A DNA stretch of 50,137 nucleotides from an uncultured Gammaproteobacteria bacterium. GTDB lineage: Bacteria > Patescibacteriota > Microgenomatia > JAMCZE01. Every line of letters begins with the position of its first letter. Position 1 is the first letter of the stretch. The notes below the pieces were generated by a model. That model made no database searches. It had not been told where the DNA came from and was given only the letters and a program-made list of their open reading frames with translations. The stretch spans positions 1 through 50,137 of the forward strand of contig CAZSSJ010000005.1 of the NCBI GenBank assembly GCA_964609775.1, written 5' to 3'. This document shows positions 28,044 to 36,580 of the stretch, piece after piece. A program made the translations under genes and the position numbers.

Positions 28044-28991
28044 CTATACTCCGCATCCTCCGCCCTGTTTCGGCGGCTCTTGAACGATGCCTCGGTCCAC
28101 CAGCCACCTCTTAGCTTTCTGCCAGCCGGAAGCGGACGAGTAGTCTTTAGAAAGAAGGATTCTTGGATCAATCTGATCAAAACTCTGACCTTCTTTATTT
28201 TTGAAATAAACGGCCAGGTCATAGTAATTGCCTGGAAACCAATAAGCATTGAAATATTTCGCGGCATTAAACATTTCGTCCTGACTGGCACCACTCCCGG
28301 CCAGAAGTTCCAGAACGCCCAATAGGGCCATACCGTGATTGCAATCAGGGAAAGCAGTGGAGTTGTTGCAGCAAGGACGAAAGATCTTTGAAGCCACTGC
28401 CTCAACCAAACCTTCCTGCCCAACAGTTAAGGGAATTAAACTGCTTTTTGAGTAATAATTCATGGCCTCGCCGATCCCAAGAGTCCATCCACCGGTCGAG
28501 GCAAAATTTCCCAGATCTTTTTCGCCGCCATATTCGACCATTTCCCCCGAGGTCAAGATTTTAGAATTATTGGCAAGCCCCACCGCCCAGAAGAAATTGA
28601 GGAGAAAATACGAATTGTCACGCGTGATTTTGATTTTTCTAGTTGAACCTTTAGTAAGTATTTCTTCTTGTTCGTCTGTCAATGGTTGTCCGGAACGCTC
28701 AAACACCGCACGAAACTTTTCCAAATCAATTACGCCTGATTTCACCATTTTCGGGCCAAGATCCTCGTAGGAAACCTCAATCTCAAATCCTTTTTGAGGA
28801 TTTATCTCATTAAAAATATCATCACCAGACTTTTCAGAGTTGGTAACAACTTTGCTTGATGCGGCAATTTGCGCAACTTGGTCATTTTTTTGAAATGGCA
28901 ACTTAATATCAATTTTTGATAATACAAAAACTATCAGAAATAGATTAATTCCAAGACTTATAAATAAGATTGGGAGAGGTCGATTAATCAT
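28044..28991 (-). CDS. Membrane-anchored Cys-motif protein of unknown function
   Basis: 315 aa. N-terminal TM helix, conserved-looking FRPCCNNSTAFPDCNHGMA and a C-terminal GGGCGV. Family not recognised. Confidence 0.6.
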   Translation of the reverse strand: MINRPLPILFISLGINLFLIVFVLSKIDIKLPFQKNDQVAQIAASSKVVTNSEKSGDDIFNEINPQKGFEIEVSYEDLGPKMVKSGVIDLEKFRAVFERSGQPLTDEQEEILTKGSTRKIKITRDNSYFLLNFFWAVGLANNSKILTSGEMVEYGGEKDLGNFASTGGWTLGIGEAMNYYSKSSLIPLTVGQEGLVEAVASKIFRPCCNNSTAFPDCNHGMALLGVLELLAGSGASQDEMFNAAKYFNAYWFPGNYYDLAVYFKNKEGQSFDQIDPRILLSKDYSSASGWQKAKRWLVDRGIVQEPPKQGGGCGV

Positions 28992-29820
28992 GCCTGGCAG
29001 TCCTTAATAGTTTGTAAAAGATAAGGATAAGCACCATGAATACTCCTAGGTCTAGAATTGGATTTTGGAAATATTTGGCGATATTAAAAACAGTCATCCT
29101 AATTGTTTGACTATATGGTTCCATCTGGTTCATTTGAATTTTTCCCAGATAGTTAAAAACGGCAATCAACACGCCGGTGATGAGAAAAATGACTGCGCCC
29201 AGCCACTTAAAAATGGTGTAAATCTTCTGGCGATTCGGCCCACCGATTTTGGCCGTCGCTTTTTCATAGAACATCGACATGACAAAAAGCGGCATGACGA
29301 TTCCGGTGACATAGGCAAGCGACACTATCAAGGCTTGAAAAAGAGTTGGCGAAAGTGATGTCAGGGTGATTGCCGCAAACAGAACTGGAGCGCAACACGC
29401 TGAAGTAAGTCCGGACATTAAACCAAGTCCAAACACTGATAACGCATTGATATTTGTACTTTCTGTTGCCGACACATGGAAAAACTGAGGAATGTGGAAA
29501 ACAGGTTTGATGGTCATAATTCCCATCAAAATCATGATTGCTGCTCCAAGGTAGTAGATAGGGGTGTGGTAGGAGTCTAAGAAAAAAATTGCGAATCTAA
29601 AACCAAGGGCAATCGGAATTAGGATAAAGGCCAGTCCAAGGGCAAAAAGAAGCGTGTAGAACATAATTTTTGGCCGGTTGCCGTTTCCGCCCGTGGACCT
29701 AAAAATTGTCCCCAGATATGACGGGAAAAGAAAAGTGATGCAACATGGAGCAAAAAGGGCCAAAACTCCAGCTAGAAATGAGGCAGTGAGGGAAACACCA
29801 AACAGAAAATTCGTATCCAT
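28984..29820 (-). CDS. CcdA/DsbD-like thiol-transfer membrane protein
   Basis: 278 aa, about 7 TM. Paired intramembrane Cys motifs LFAPCCITFLFP and TSACCAPVLF. Overlaps the next gene by 8 nt. Confidence 0.6.
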   Translation of the reverse strand: MDTNFLFGVSLTASFLAGVLALFAPCCITFLFPSYLGTIFRSTGGNGNRPKIMFYTLLFALGLAFILIPIALGFRFAIFFLDSYHTPIYYLGAAIMILMGIMTIKPVFHIPQFFHVSATESTNINALSVFGLGLMSGLTSACCAPVLFAAITLTSLSPTLFQALIVSLAYVTGIVMPLFVMSMFYEKATAKIGGPNRQKIYTIFKWLGAVIFLITGVLIAVFNYLGKIQMNQMEPYSQTIRMTVFNIAKYFQNPILDLGVFMVLILIFYKLLRTARHD

Positions 29821-29823
29821 AAT

Positions 29824-30327
29824 TCACCTAACATTTGCTTTAATGGCAAAAACTAATTTTTCTTTTTGCGGATCGTTGGTCGTTAAATAAACTTCTCTTT
29901 CAACTGAACCGTAGACCGGCATGGTTGCCGGGCGATAGATCAGTCGAACCATGGCAGTGGAGTTGGGAGCAATTTCCGTGACGTAACCGCTTTGGGAATG
30001 CATGCCGAATTCTTTGCTCGTCGTTCCGTCATAAATTATTTGTCCGGTGGTGCAGCCACAGCTCGAATTAACATTCAAAATCTGCAACGGCTTGGTGCCG
30101 GTGTTTTTTAAAGCAAAATCTTTTTGCTTAACGTCAGATACTTTGATTTCTCCAAAATCGAAAAACGCCTCTTTGATTTCCGCCATAGGCTTATCATTGC
30201 TGGCCGTGGTGTAAGACGCTACTTGTGGTTCCGACCTCTGCCCGGCCGTTAACAGAAGAGAGGCCCCAACGACCAAGAGAATGAAGACGGTAAGACTAAT
30301 GACAATCGATTTTGCGGACACAGCCAA
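29824..30327 (-). CDS. DUF1573-domain exported protein
   Basis: 167 aa. TM anchor, then FDFGEIKVSDVKQKDFALKNTGTKPLQILNVNSSCGCTT, the DUF1573 signature. TTG or GTG start. Confidence 0.75.
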   Translation of the reverse strand: MAVSAKSIVISLTVFILLVVGASLLLTAGQRSEPQVASYTTASNDKPMAEIKEAFFDFGEIKVSDVKQKDFALKNTGTKPLQILNVNSSCGCTTGQIIYDGTTSKEFGMHSQSGYVTEIAPNSTAMVRLIYRPATMPVYGSVEREVYLTTNDPQKEKLVFAIKANVR

Positions 30328-30347
30328 ATCTTACTCTCGAAAAGATT

Positions 30348-30575
30348 AAGGACTCATGAAGACTCTCGTAGCAGGTTCGGAGTTTCTGTCGCCGCTAAAA
30401 AGCCCGAACCCTTCAATACGACTCAGGGCAAGCGTCCCACCGGGGTCATTAAATTCGAGGTTCATCCTGAGCCTGCCGAAGGACTAAAAAAGTTGAGCTC
30501 CGGGCAATGCCGTGTCCTGCTGAAGTTTTAACGAAAGGGGGGACGACGTTCGGATTTTTTATATGTTGAAGGACT
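30348..30575 (-). repeat. Three dispersed copies of AAGGACT (minus strand AGTCCTT) in the long leader upstream of the DUF1573 operon
   Basis: AAGGACT at 30348-30354, 30479-30485 and 30569-30575. Copies 1 and 3 are each followed 5-7 nt later by ACTCTC(TC)G. A TAGGACT variant lies at 30813-30819. Confidence 0.5.
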
Positions 30576-30704
30576 GAACAACTCTCTCGCCATCAGGTTT
30601 CTCTATAACGACCATATACTAGTTATTATTCTTATTCCTATGATCTAAGGCTACGCTTAAGACGGAATTTGGATTGGCGCCATGTCAATACTATAGGACC
30701 TAAG

Positions 30705-30776
30705 CTCCGGCGGCAGGATTTGGACCTGCGACCTCGTCCTTAACAGGGACTCGCTCTACCGCTGAGCTACACCGGA
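30705..30776 (-). tRNA. tRNA-Asn (anticodon GTT)
   Basis: Hand-folded cloverleaf: acceptor TCCGGTG/CGCCGGA, D arm GCTC/GAGC, anticodon loop CTGTTAA, T arm GCAGG/CCTGC. No encoded CCA. The T loop reads TCCAAAT. Confidence 0.85.
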
Positions 30777-30819
30777 ATCAGCCTAATTTTATCACGCTTA
30801 GAGGTTGAATTCTAGGACT

Positions 30820-31596
30820 TCAACGCAAGAAGACAAGCCAGAAGAGAAGTGCTACCACAATCCGGTAAATCCCAAACCCGACAAACGTATGCTTCTGAAC
30901 AAACTCGATGAAATATTTGACTGCTAAAAGGGCAGAAAAAAATGCCCCCACAAATCCAATCGTCAGTAACAGATACTCATCTATCGAAAACGCCCACCTG
31001 CTTTTCAAAAGATCCAATCCCGTGGCTGCGGCCATCGTTGGCACCGCCAGAAGAAAGGAAAATTCCGCGGCTGATTTTCGGTCCATCCCCAGAAACATTC
31101 CAGTGATAATCGTTGCTGCTGACCGTGACACCCCCGGAATCATTGACACCGATTGCCCCAGCCCAATCAAAAATGATTGTTTATAGGAAAGTTTTGCAAA
31201 ATCCTTGACCCGCTCTTTGGATTTAAAGTATTTTTCAATTGCGACTAACAAAATACCGCCAACAAACAGACTAACAACCACCACCCAGGAGTTTCCCAGC
31301 AAAGAACTTTTAACGATTTTATACAGAATCAGTCCGAGGATGGCCGTTGGGATAAAGGCCGTAATAATTTTTTTCCATCCCTCAAAATCTTTTACCAGCC
31401 GTTGCCGGTATAGAAAAACCACCGCCAGAATCGCCCCAAACTGAATGACAATTTCAAAACTTTTGACAAATTCCGTTTGGGCAACATCAAGTATTTGACT
31501 CGCTAATATAAGATGACCTGTCGAGGAAATGGGAAGAAATTCTGTTATGCCTTCAACCAGAGAGAGTAGTAACGCTTGAAAAATTGTCACGGCCAT
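30820..31596 (-). CDS. uppP: Undecaprenyl-diphosphate phosphatase
   Basis: 258 aa. BacA/UppP motifs TEFLPISSTGHL and IPGVSRSAATI, 7-8 TM. Confidence 0.9.
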   Translation of the reverse strand: MAVTIFQALLLSLVEGITEFLPISSTGHLILASQILDVAQTEFVKSFEIVIQFGAILAVVFLYRQRLVKDFEGWKKIITAFIPTAILGLILYKIVKSSLLGNSWVVVVSLFVGGILLVAIEKYFKSKERVKDFAKLSYKQSFLIGLGQSVSMIPGVSRSAATIITGMFLGMDRKSAAEFSFLLAVPTMAAATGLDLLKSRWAFSIDEYLLLTIGFVGAFFSALLAVKYFIEFVQKHTFVGFGIYRIVVALLFWLVFLR

Positions 31597-31739
31597 TGAT
31601 TAACTAGTTCCGCAATCTGGAGCGAACCCAGAAAGCCGATGAGAAAAACGCCAATGCTTACCAGACAAGCAACCACTAATAGTAATCTCCAGTTAGTTAA
31701 TAAGTGGGGATTCAGCGGTGTCGGGTGAAGGTGCATCAT
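31587..31739 (-). CDS. Candidate 50-aa membrane peptide bridging rpoD and uppP (not in the ORF track)
   Basis: [50 protein letters not shown]. Its ATG overlaps the rpoD stop (ATGA) and its stop overlaps the uppP start by 10 nt. Confidence 0.35.
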   Translation of the reverse strand: MMHLHPTPLNPHLLTNWRLLLVVACLVSIGVFLIGFLGSLQIAELVNQWP

Positions 31740-32859
31740 TCGAGATAGTCTTTAAGTTTCTTGGATCTGCTTGGGTGTTTCAACTTTCTAATTGCCTTGG
31801 CCTCAATTTGCCGGATTCGCTCGCGGGTGACTCCGAAAGCCTTGCCCACCTCTTCAAGGGTTCTTGGTCGGCCGTCCTCGAGGCCAAAACGCATGATGAG
31901 GACTTTCTTTTCCCGGTCATTAAGTGTTGTCAAGACCTCATCCAAATGTTCCTTAAGAAGCGCCTTACTCGTTTGCTCATACGGCGAAGGAATGTGTTCG
32001 TCAGCAATGAAGTCTCCCAGTTGCGAATCTTCCTCATCGCCGATTTTGGTTTGCAAGGACGTCGGTTCCTGAGAAATTTTTTGAATTTCATGAATCTTGG
32101 AAACCTCAATCTGCAGCTCTTTGGCGATTTCTTCCGGCAACGGATCGCGTCCCAGCTCGGCTGTCAGCCGGTTTCTGACTCGGACATAGCGGTTGATTGT
32201 CTCCACCATGTGCACCGGAATCCGAATCGTCCGCGATTGGTCGGCGAGCGCGTAATGGCCTGACGAATCCACCACGTCGCATAGGTCGAAAACTTATAGC
32301 CCCGCCGCCAGTCATATTTCTCTGTCGCCCGGATTAAGCCCTGGTTGCCTTCCTGAATCAGGTCCAGCATTGTCATCCCGCGCCCGAGATATTTTTTGGC
32401 AATCGAGACCACCAGTCGCAAATTTGAAGAAATGAGTTTGTCCTTAGCCCTCTTTTCACCCTTTTCCGCCTTTTTCGCCAGATCCACTTCTTCCCGCGCA
32501 TTGAGAAGGGGGATCCGGCCGATTTCTTTGAGGTACATCCGGACAGGATCAGTCGCCCCGCCTTCTTCCAAAGCCGCAATGGCTTCCAGTTCTTTTTCCA
32601 GGTCTGAAGCACTTTTTTGGCCTTCTTCCATCTCTTCGGCCGTAGTTTCAAAAATGTCGACCTCGCTGTTAATCAGCCGGTCATAGAATTCATCAAGTTC
32701 TTCAAGGTGCTCTTCGGCCTTGGGAAAAACAGCCAGGACTTCTTCCTGGGTCACAAATCCTGAAGTCCGCCCTTTTTTAATAAGATCCAAAGCCCCTTGG
32801 GGAAGTTCAATTTTTTCTTGAAGTTTTGATTTTTTCGAAGACGTGGAGGCCTTAGCCAT
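31736..32859 (-). CDS. rpoD: RNA polymerase sigma-70 factor RpoD, split by a frameshift in this sequence
   Basis: ORF 32164-32859 carries regions 1.2-2.4 (..[17 protein letters not shown]). ORF 31736-32275 carries regions 3-4 ([21 protein letters not shown] ... [20 protein letters not shown]). The frames switch at about 32243-32253. Confidence 0.9.
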
Positions 32860-32940
32860 AAACTTAAGCTGAATCTTGAGCTAATCGAAGCTTGATATCT
32901 TCGTCCGGCTCTTGAAAAGCAAGGCTATTCTAACTCAATT

Positions 32941-33186
32941 CTATTGATAATGCAAAGTAACATCAATTATTCTTGCCTCTCCAGTGGAAACCGTAAACTG
33001 TGCCCTGTATTTCAGATCAATTCTGAAAGAGTAAATTTGCAGCTCTTTTGGTTCAAGTAACTCAGTATGTAAACCAGGGTGTCTTGGATTTTCTTCAAAG
33101 AGAGCTTTTGCTTTCAGAAACTTTTGTTCTATGCCAAACTTTTTAAGTTTTTTAACAATTTTTGGATTAAGATCATGAATCGACAT
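32941..33186 (-). CDS. RelE/ParE-superfamily toxin
   Basis: 81 aa. ..FEENPRHPGLHTELLEPKELQIYSFRIDLKYRAQF.. pattern. Overlaps the upstream antitoxin by 14 nt. Confidence 0.7.
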   Translation of the reverse strand: MSIHDLNPKIVKKLKKFGIEQKFLKAKALFEENPRHPGLHTELLEPKELQIYSFRIDLKYRAQFTVSTGEARIIDVTLHYQ

Positions 33187-33475
33187 ACTGGCCCTCTCTC
33201 TTAAGTCCAGCCACTATTCCCTTAACAAATTTCCTGCTGTATTTTCCCGTTGCCATCATTTTGTCTTCAACCTCTTTTAATGGCCGCTTCTTATACTCTA
33301 ACAATTCCAAAGGGGGAGCTGGCTGTTTAACAACGGTTTGAGTAATCGTTTCATATAGCCGCAAGAGCATTCGAAAAAATTCCGATCTCGAAGCAAACTC
33401 GCCAGAAGCAATTTGCTCATCTACCTGATTGGCTAAAGTTTTTGGAAGCGAGATGTTAAAAGTCACTGTACTCAT
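33173..33475 (-). CDS. Ribbon-helix-helix (CopG/ParD-like) antitoxin
   Basis: 100 aa. N-terminal TFNISLPKTLANQVDEQIASGEFASRSEFFRMLLR RHH motif. Confidence 0.75.
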   Translation of the reverse strand: MSTVTFNISLPKTLANQVDEQIASGEFASRSEFFRMLLRLYETITQTVVKQPAPPLELLEYKKRPLKEVEDKMMATGKYSRKFVKGIVAGLKREGQYVDS

Positions 33476-33481
33476 TTTTAC

Positions 33482-33511
33482 ATATTAGCAAAAATTGCCA
33501 TTTGTTGTCAA
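33482..33511 (-). promoter_or_regulatory. Sigma-70-type promoter of the TA pair, leaderless geometry
   Basis: Minus strand TTGACA (33511-33506), 18 nt, TAATAT (33487-33482), 6 nt, ATG 33475. The spacer contains the small palindrome GCAAaaaTTGC. Confidence 0.55.
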
Positions 33512-33539
33512 GTATAAATTCAGATGATTTCTAATAAAC

Positions 33540-35378
33540 TTATGCTTGGCTATGCCGCACCAGGGCCTTTTGCTCCAGAAGCTTCTGGAGAGCGGCGGTT
33601 GTCAGCGTGAATTCCTCTTCCAAAGCGGGGGATTCTTCTCCTTTCTTGATCTGGCCACTGATCATCTTTAATTTTTCCCGAAGTGACAGTTCCTTAATTT
33701 CCCAAACCGTTTTCTGAATTTCCTCTAGCACTTCTGCCTGATCGTCAAGATTAATTTTATTTTCCAACAGATACAACTTATTAAACAAATCCGTCAGTTC
33801 CGAGGGGATAAATCTAGCCAGAATGTTGATGTCAAATCTGTTTCCCGGCAACGAAACATCCGACTTTGGGTTATCAACCAGAGACGCCAGCAGCAGGTAA
33901 ATCTTGGCCAGGGCCGGGCTAGCAAAGTCTTCTGCCCGCAGTCGGATTGACGTCAAAAGCAAATAGTCAGCCGGGTTCGGGCATTGCAAAAGAAGCGACA
34001 CCAGATATTCTTCCAAAAGAACTGCCCGGGTTTTTAACAAAACGGCGCTTTGGGGCGTGTTCGGTGCAATGCTTTCCGTTTGGCGGGGGAGGATCATCTT
34101 TTTTAACTCTTTTGCCAGTTGCGCTTCCAGATTCTCCTGATTCACTCCCAGTTTCATCGCCAGTTTTCGGACGTAGTGTTCCTTGACCACCAAATTTTCA
34201 ATCGGTTCAATGAACTTTGCCACTTCCGAAACAATCTTTTTTGCTCCCTCAGCCGTATTTTTATCGTGTTTTTCTAAAGCAATGTCAATGACATAATCAT
34301 AAAAACTGACAGCATTTTTGACTGCCCTATGCCACAGACCCGGATCCTTTTTAATTAGTTCATCCGGATCCTTTGCGTCTGTAAAAGTAACTACCTTAAT
34401 ATTGAGTCCCGCCCAATCGGCTGTCTCAATTCCCCGGTGTGCCGCCGCATCCCCGGCAAAATCCGCGTCCAGAGACAAATAAACATTTTCCGTATATCTT
34501 TTAAGAAGTGCGACCTGCTCTTCGGTCAGAGCCGACCCTTTGATCGCCACCACATTTCGCACCTCCGCTTGGTATGACTGAATACAATCGATCTCCCCCT
34601 CAACAACCACACCAAACCCTTCTTTTTTAATTTCCTCTTTTGTCAAATCTAAGCCGTAGAGCAGGTCTCCCTTGACATATGCTGGCGTCTCCGCCGTGTT
34701 CACATATTTTGCTTCTTTCGCGTTTGGATCCAGAAGTCTCCCGGCAAACCCCACCACATTTCCCCGATGGTCGCGAAGAGTAAACATCAGCCGCCCCCGG
34801 AAACGGTCAAAAGTGTTGCCGATCCCGGATTTGGAAATCAACCCCGCCGACTGCATCAACTCTTGGGCATAACCTTTCTTGTGCAGGAATTTTGACAGCG
34901 AATCCCACGACTGCGGCGCATACCCAATTCCAAAAAGTTTCACTGAACTATCAGTAATTTTTCTGTCTTTCAAATAGTCCAGTGCTTTTTCTCCCATCGG
35001 GTGCTTTGTCAAAATATATTGATAGAACTCCGAAGCCAGATGATTGACTTCATAAATTTTCTCCTTGAGTTCTGCTGTCCGGCTTTGCGCAAATCCGCCC
35101 GAAAGGGTCACTCCCGCTCTCCTGGCTAAAATCTTGAGCGCCTCGGCAAACTCCAAATTTTCGATCTTCATCAGAAATTTGAAAACGTCTCCGCCTTCGT
35201 TGCACCCGCCGAAGCAGTGCCAGATCTGCCGCTCGGGCGAGACGATGAATGACGGCGTTTTCTCTGCGTGGAACGGGCAAAGCCCCTTAAAATTCGCCCC
35301 CGTTTTCTTGAGAGCCACGTACTCGCTAATGAAGGCCACAATGTCAATCTTTTGCTTGATTTGTTCCACGTCCGTCAT
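33540..35378 (-). CDS. dnaG: DNA primase
   Basis: 612 aa. CHC2 zinc finger [40 protein letters not shown] ... SLDADFAGD. Confidence 0.92.
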   Translation of the reverse strand: [612 protein letters not shown]

Positions 35379-35479
35379 ATTTTAGGAGCTAGGAGCTAGC
35401 AGTCAGGGGCTAGTATACCCATCAGAAAAAAATAGTCAATCGCGCCGGGGTTCCGATTTGATAAAATACGCTTGTATCC

Positions 35480-35566
35480 GGTGGGTTCGCATAGTGGCCG
35501 AGTGCGTTCGCTTGGAAAGCGAATATCATTGCAAGATGATCGGGAGTTCGAATCTCCCACCCACCG
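35480..35566 (+). tRNA. tRNA-Ser (anticodon GGA), class II with long variable arm
   Basis: Acceptor GGTGGGT/ACCCACC, 3-bp D stem, anticodon loop TTGGAAA, variable arm ATCAT-TGCAAG-ATGAT, T arm GGGAG-TTCGAAT-CTCCC. No encoded CCA. Confidence 0.88.
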
Positions 35567-35625
35567 CACGGACATATTGGAGCCTAAGAAGGCTACATAT
35601 TTTACGGTATTATAGTCATAATAGG

Positions 35626-36366
35626 ATGAAGTCAGAGATGGAACTAACCTACGATAATATTCAGCAAGAAGCAGAAAATTTTGCCGCTCAATATCGAAAG
35701 TCTCATGACGTGCCTCCTTTCCCAAATCTAGAACAACTCGCTAAATATAGAGAATTAATTGATACTCAGTATCCTCAAGTTGTGACTTTAATTAAAGAAA
35801 GATTGGCATCGGTTGAATCTGCTGGCGGTCACGGGTTTGAACACCTTGAAGATGTTGCCATGAGAGCGGGGTTTATTGCCGATGACGAATGCACTGTTAG
35901 AAATATCGAAGGAGTGGAAAAAGAAGCGATCGTAAAAACAGTTGTTTTAGTCGGACTGCTCCACGACATTGAAAGGCATCTGGGTTACGGCGAAGAGCAC
36001 ATGGTGGAAGGTGAAAAAACAGCGACAAGAATTCTTTCCCAAGCAGGTATTTCAAACCCACTAGTTCCAATTATTGTTCGCAATCATGATCATATTGATT
36101 TTAATCCTAGTGATGATCCTCAATTGAGTGTTGTGTTTGGTTCCATTTGGGACGCGGATCGTTTTCGTTATGGTCTGGAGAGAGAAGATACTTTCTGGAG
36201 GATGAAACAGCAAAAAGGAGTGTCTCCGGAAAAGGTCATTCATGATTATCAATTCTTGCCCCCTTTACGGGACGCATGGAGAACTAAGTATGGTAGGGAA
36301 TATGGGCCGAAATATATCGACTTCGGTATCGCAGTAGCAAAACACATTGAAGGTGTATTCTCTTAA
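35626..36366 (+). CDS. HD-domain protein
   Basis: GLLHDIERH and VRNHDHID motifs. The ORF-track start 35458 runs through the tRNA-Ser gene, so the start was moved to ATG 35626 (MKSEMELTY...). Confidence 0.7.
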   Translation: MKSEMELTYDNIQQEAENFAAQYRKSHDVPPFPNLEQLAKYRELIDTQYPQVVTLIKERLASVESAGGHGFEHLEDVAMRAGFIADDECTVRNIEGVEKEAIVKTVVLVGLLHDIERHLGYGEEHMVEGEKTATRILSQAGISNPLVPIIVRNHDHIDFNPSDDPQLSVVFGSIWDADRFRYGLEREDTFWRMKQQKGVSPEKVIHDYQFLPPLRDAWRTKYGREYGPKYIDFGIAVAKHIEGVFS

Positions 36367-36580
36367 ACTTGAGCCCAGAAAGTTCTGACGTCGTCTATGG
36401 ATCTCCGCCCCCCCTGAAACAAGTGCCACCCTTGATTAACATGTCTCGCATTCTCACACTAACATGCCAAAGAGCCGGGGAGAACAATTGGAAAAGCACT
36501 TCTGACATTAAGCACGGAGTCAGTGACGGCGAGCCTCGAATCCAAATGGTAAAAAATAAGTAGCAATGGAGCCGCTTCGC

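Noticed and set aside
28031-28423. N-terminal 131-aa extension of the response-regulator ORF (track 27359-28423)
   Set aside because: The extension overlaps the 3' end of the 315-aa Cys-motif gene in another frame and has no receiver-domain similarity. The canonical MRLLLVEDE start is at 28030.
30421-30520. Short open frame in the metal-cluster leader translating to ..FNTTQGKRPTGVIKFEVHPEPAEGLKKLSSGQ..
   Set aside because: It is under 60 aa with no start or RBS context. It resembles spurious peptides often produced by structured or repetitive non-coding DNA, so it was treated as part of the regulatory leader.
35396-35725. ORF 35396-35725 (minus) and the first 56 codons of ORF 35458-36366 (plus)
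   Set aside because: Both run through the well-folded tRNA-Ser gene (35480-35566). The HD protein begins plausibly at ATG 35626.
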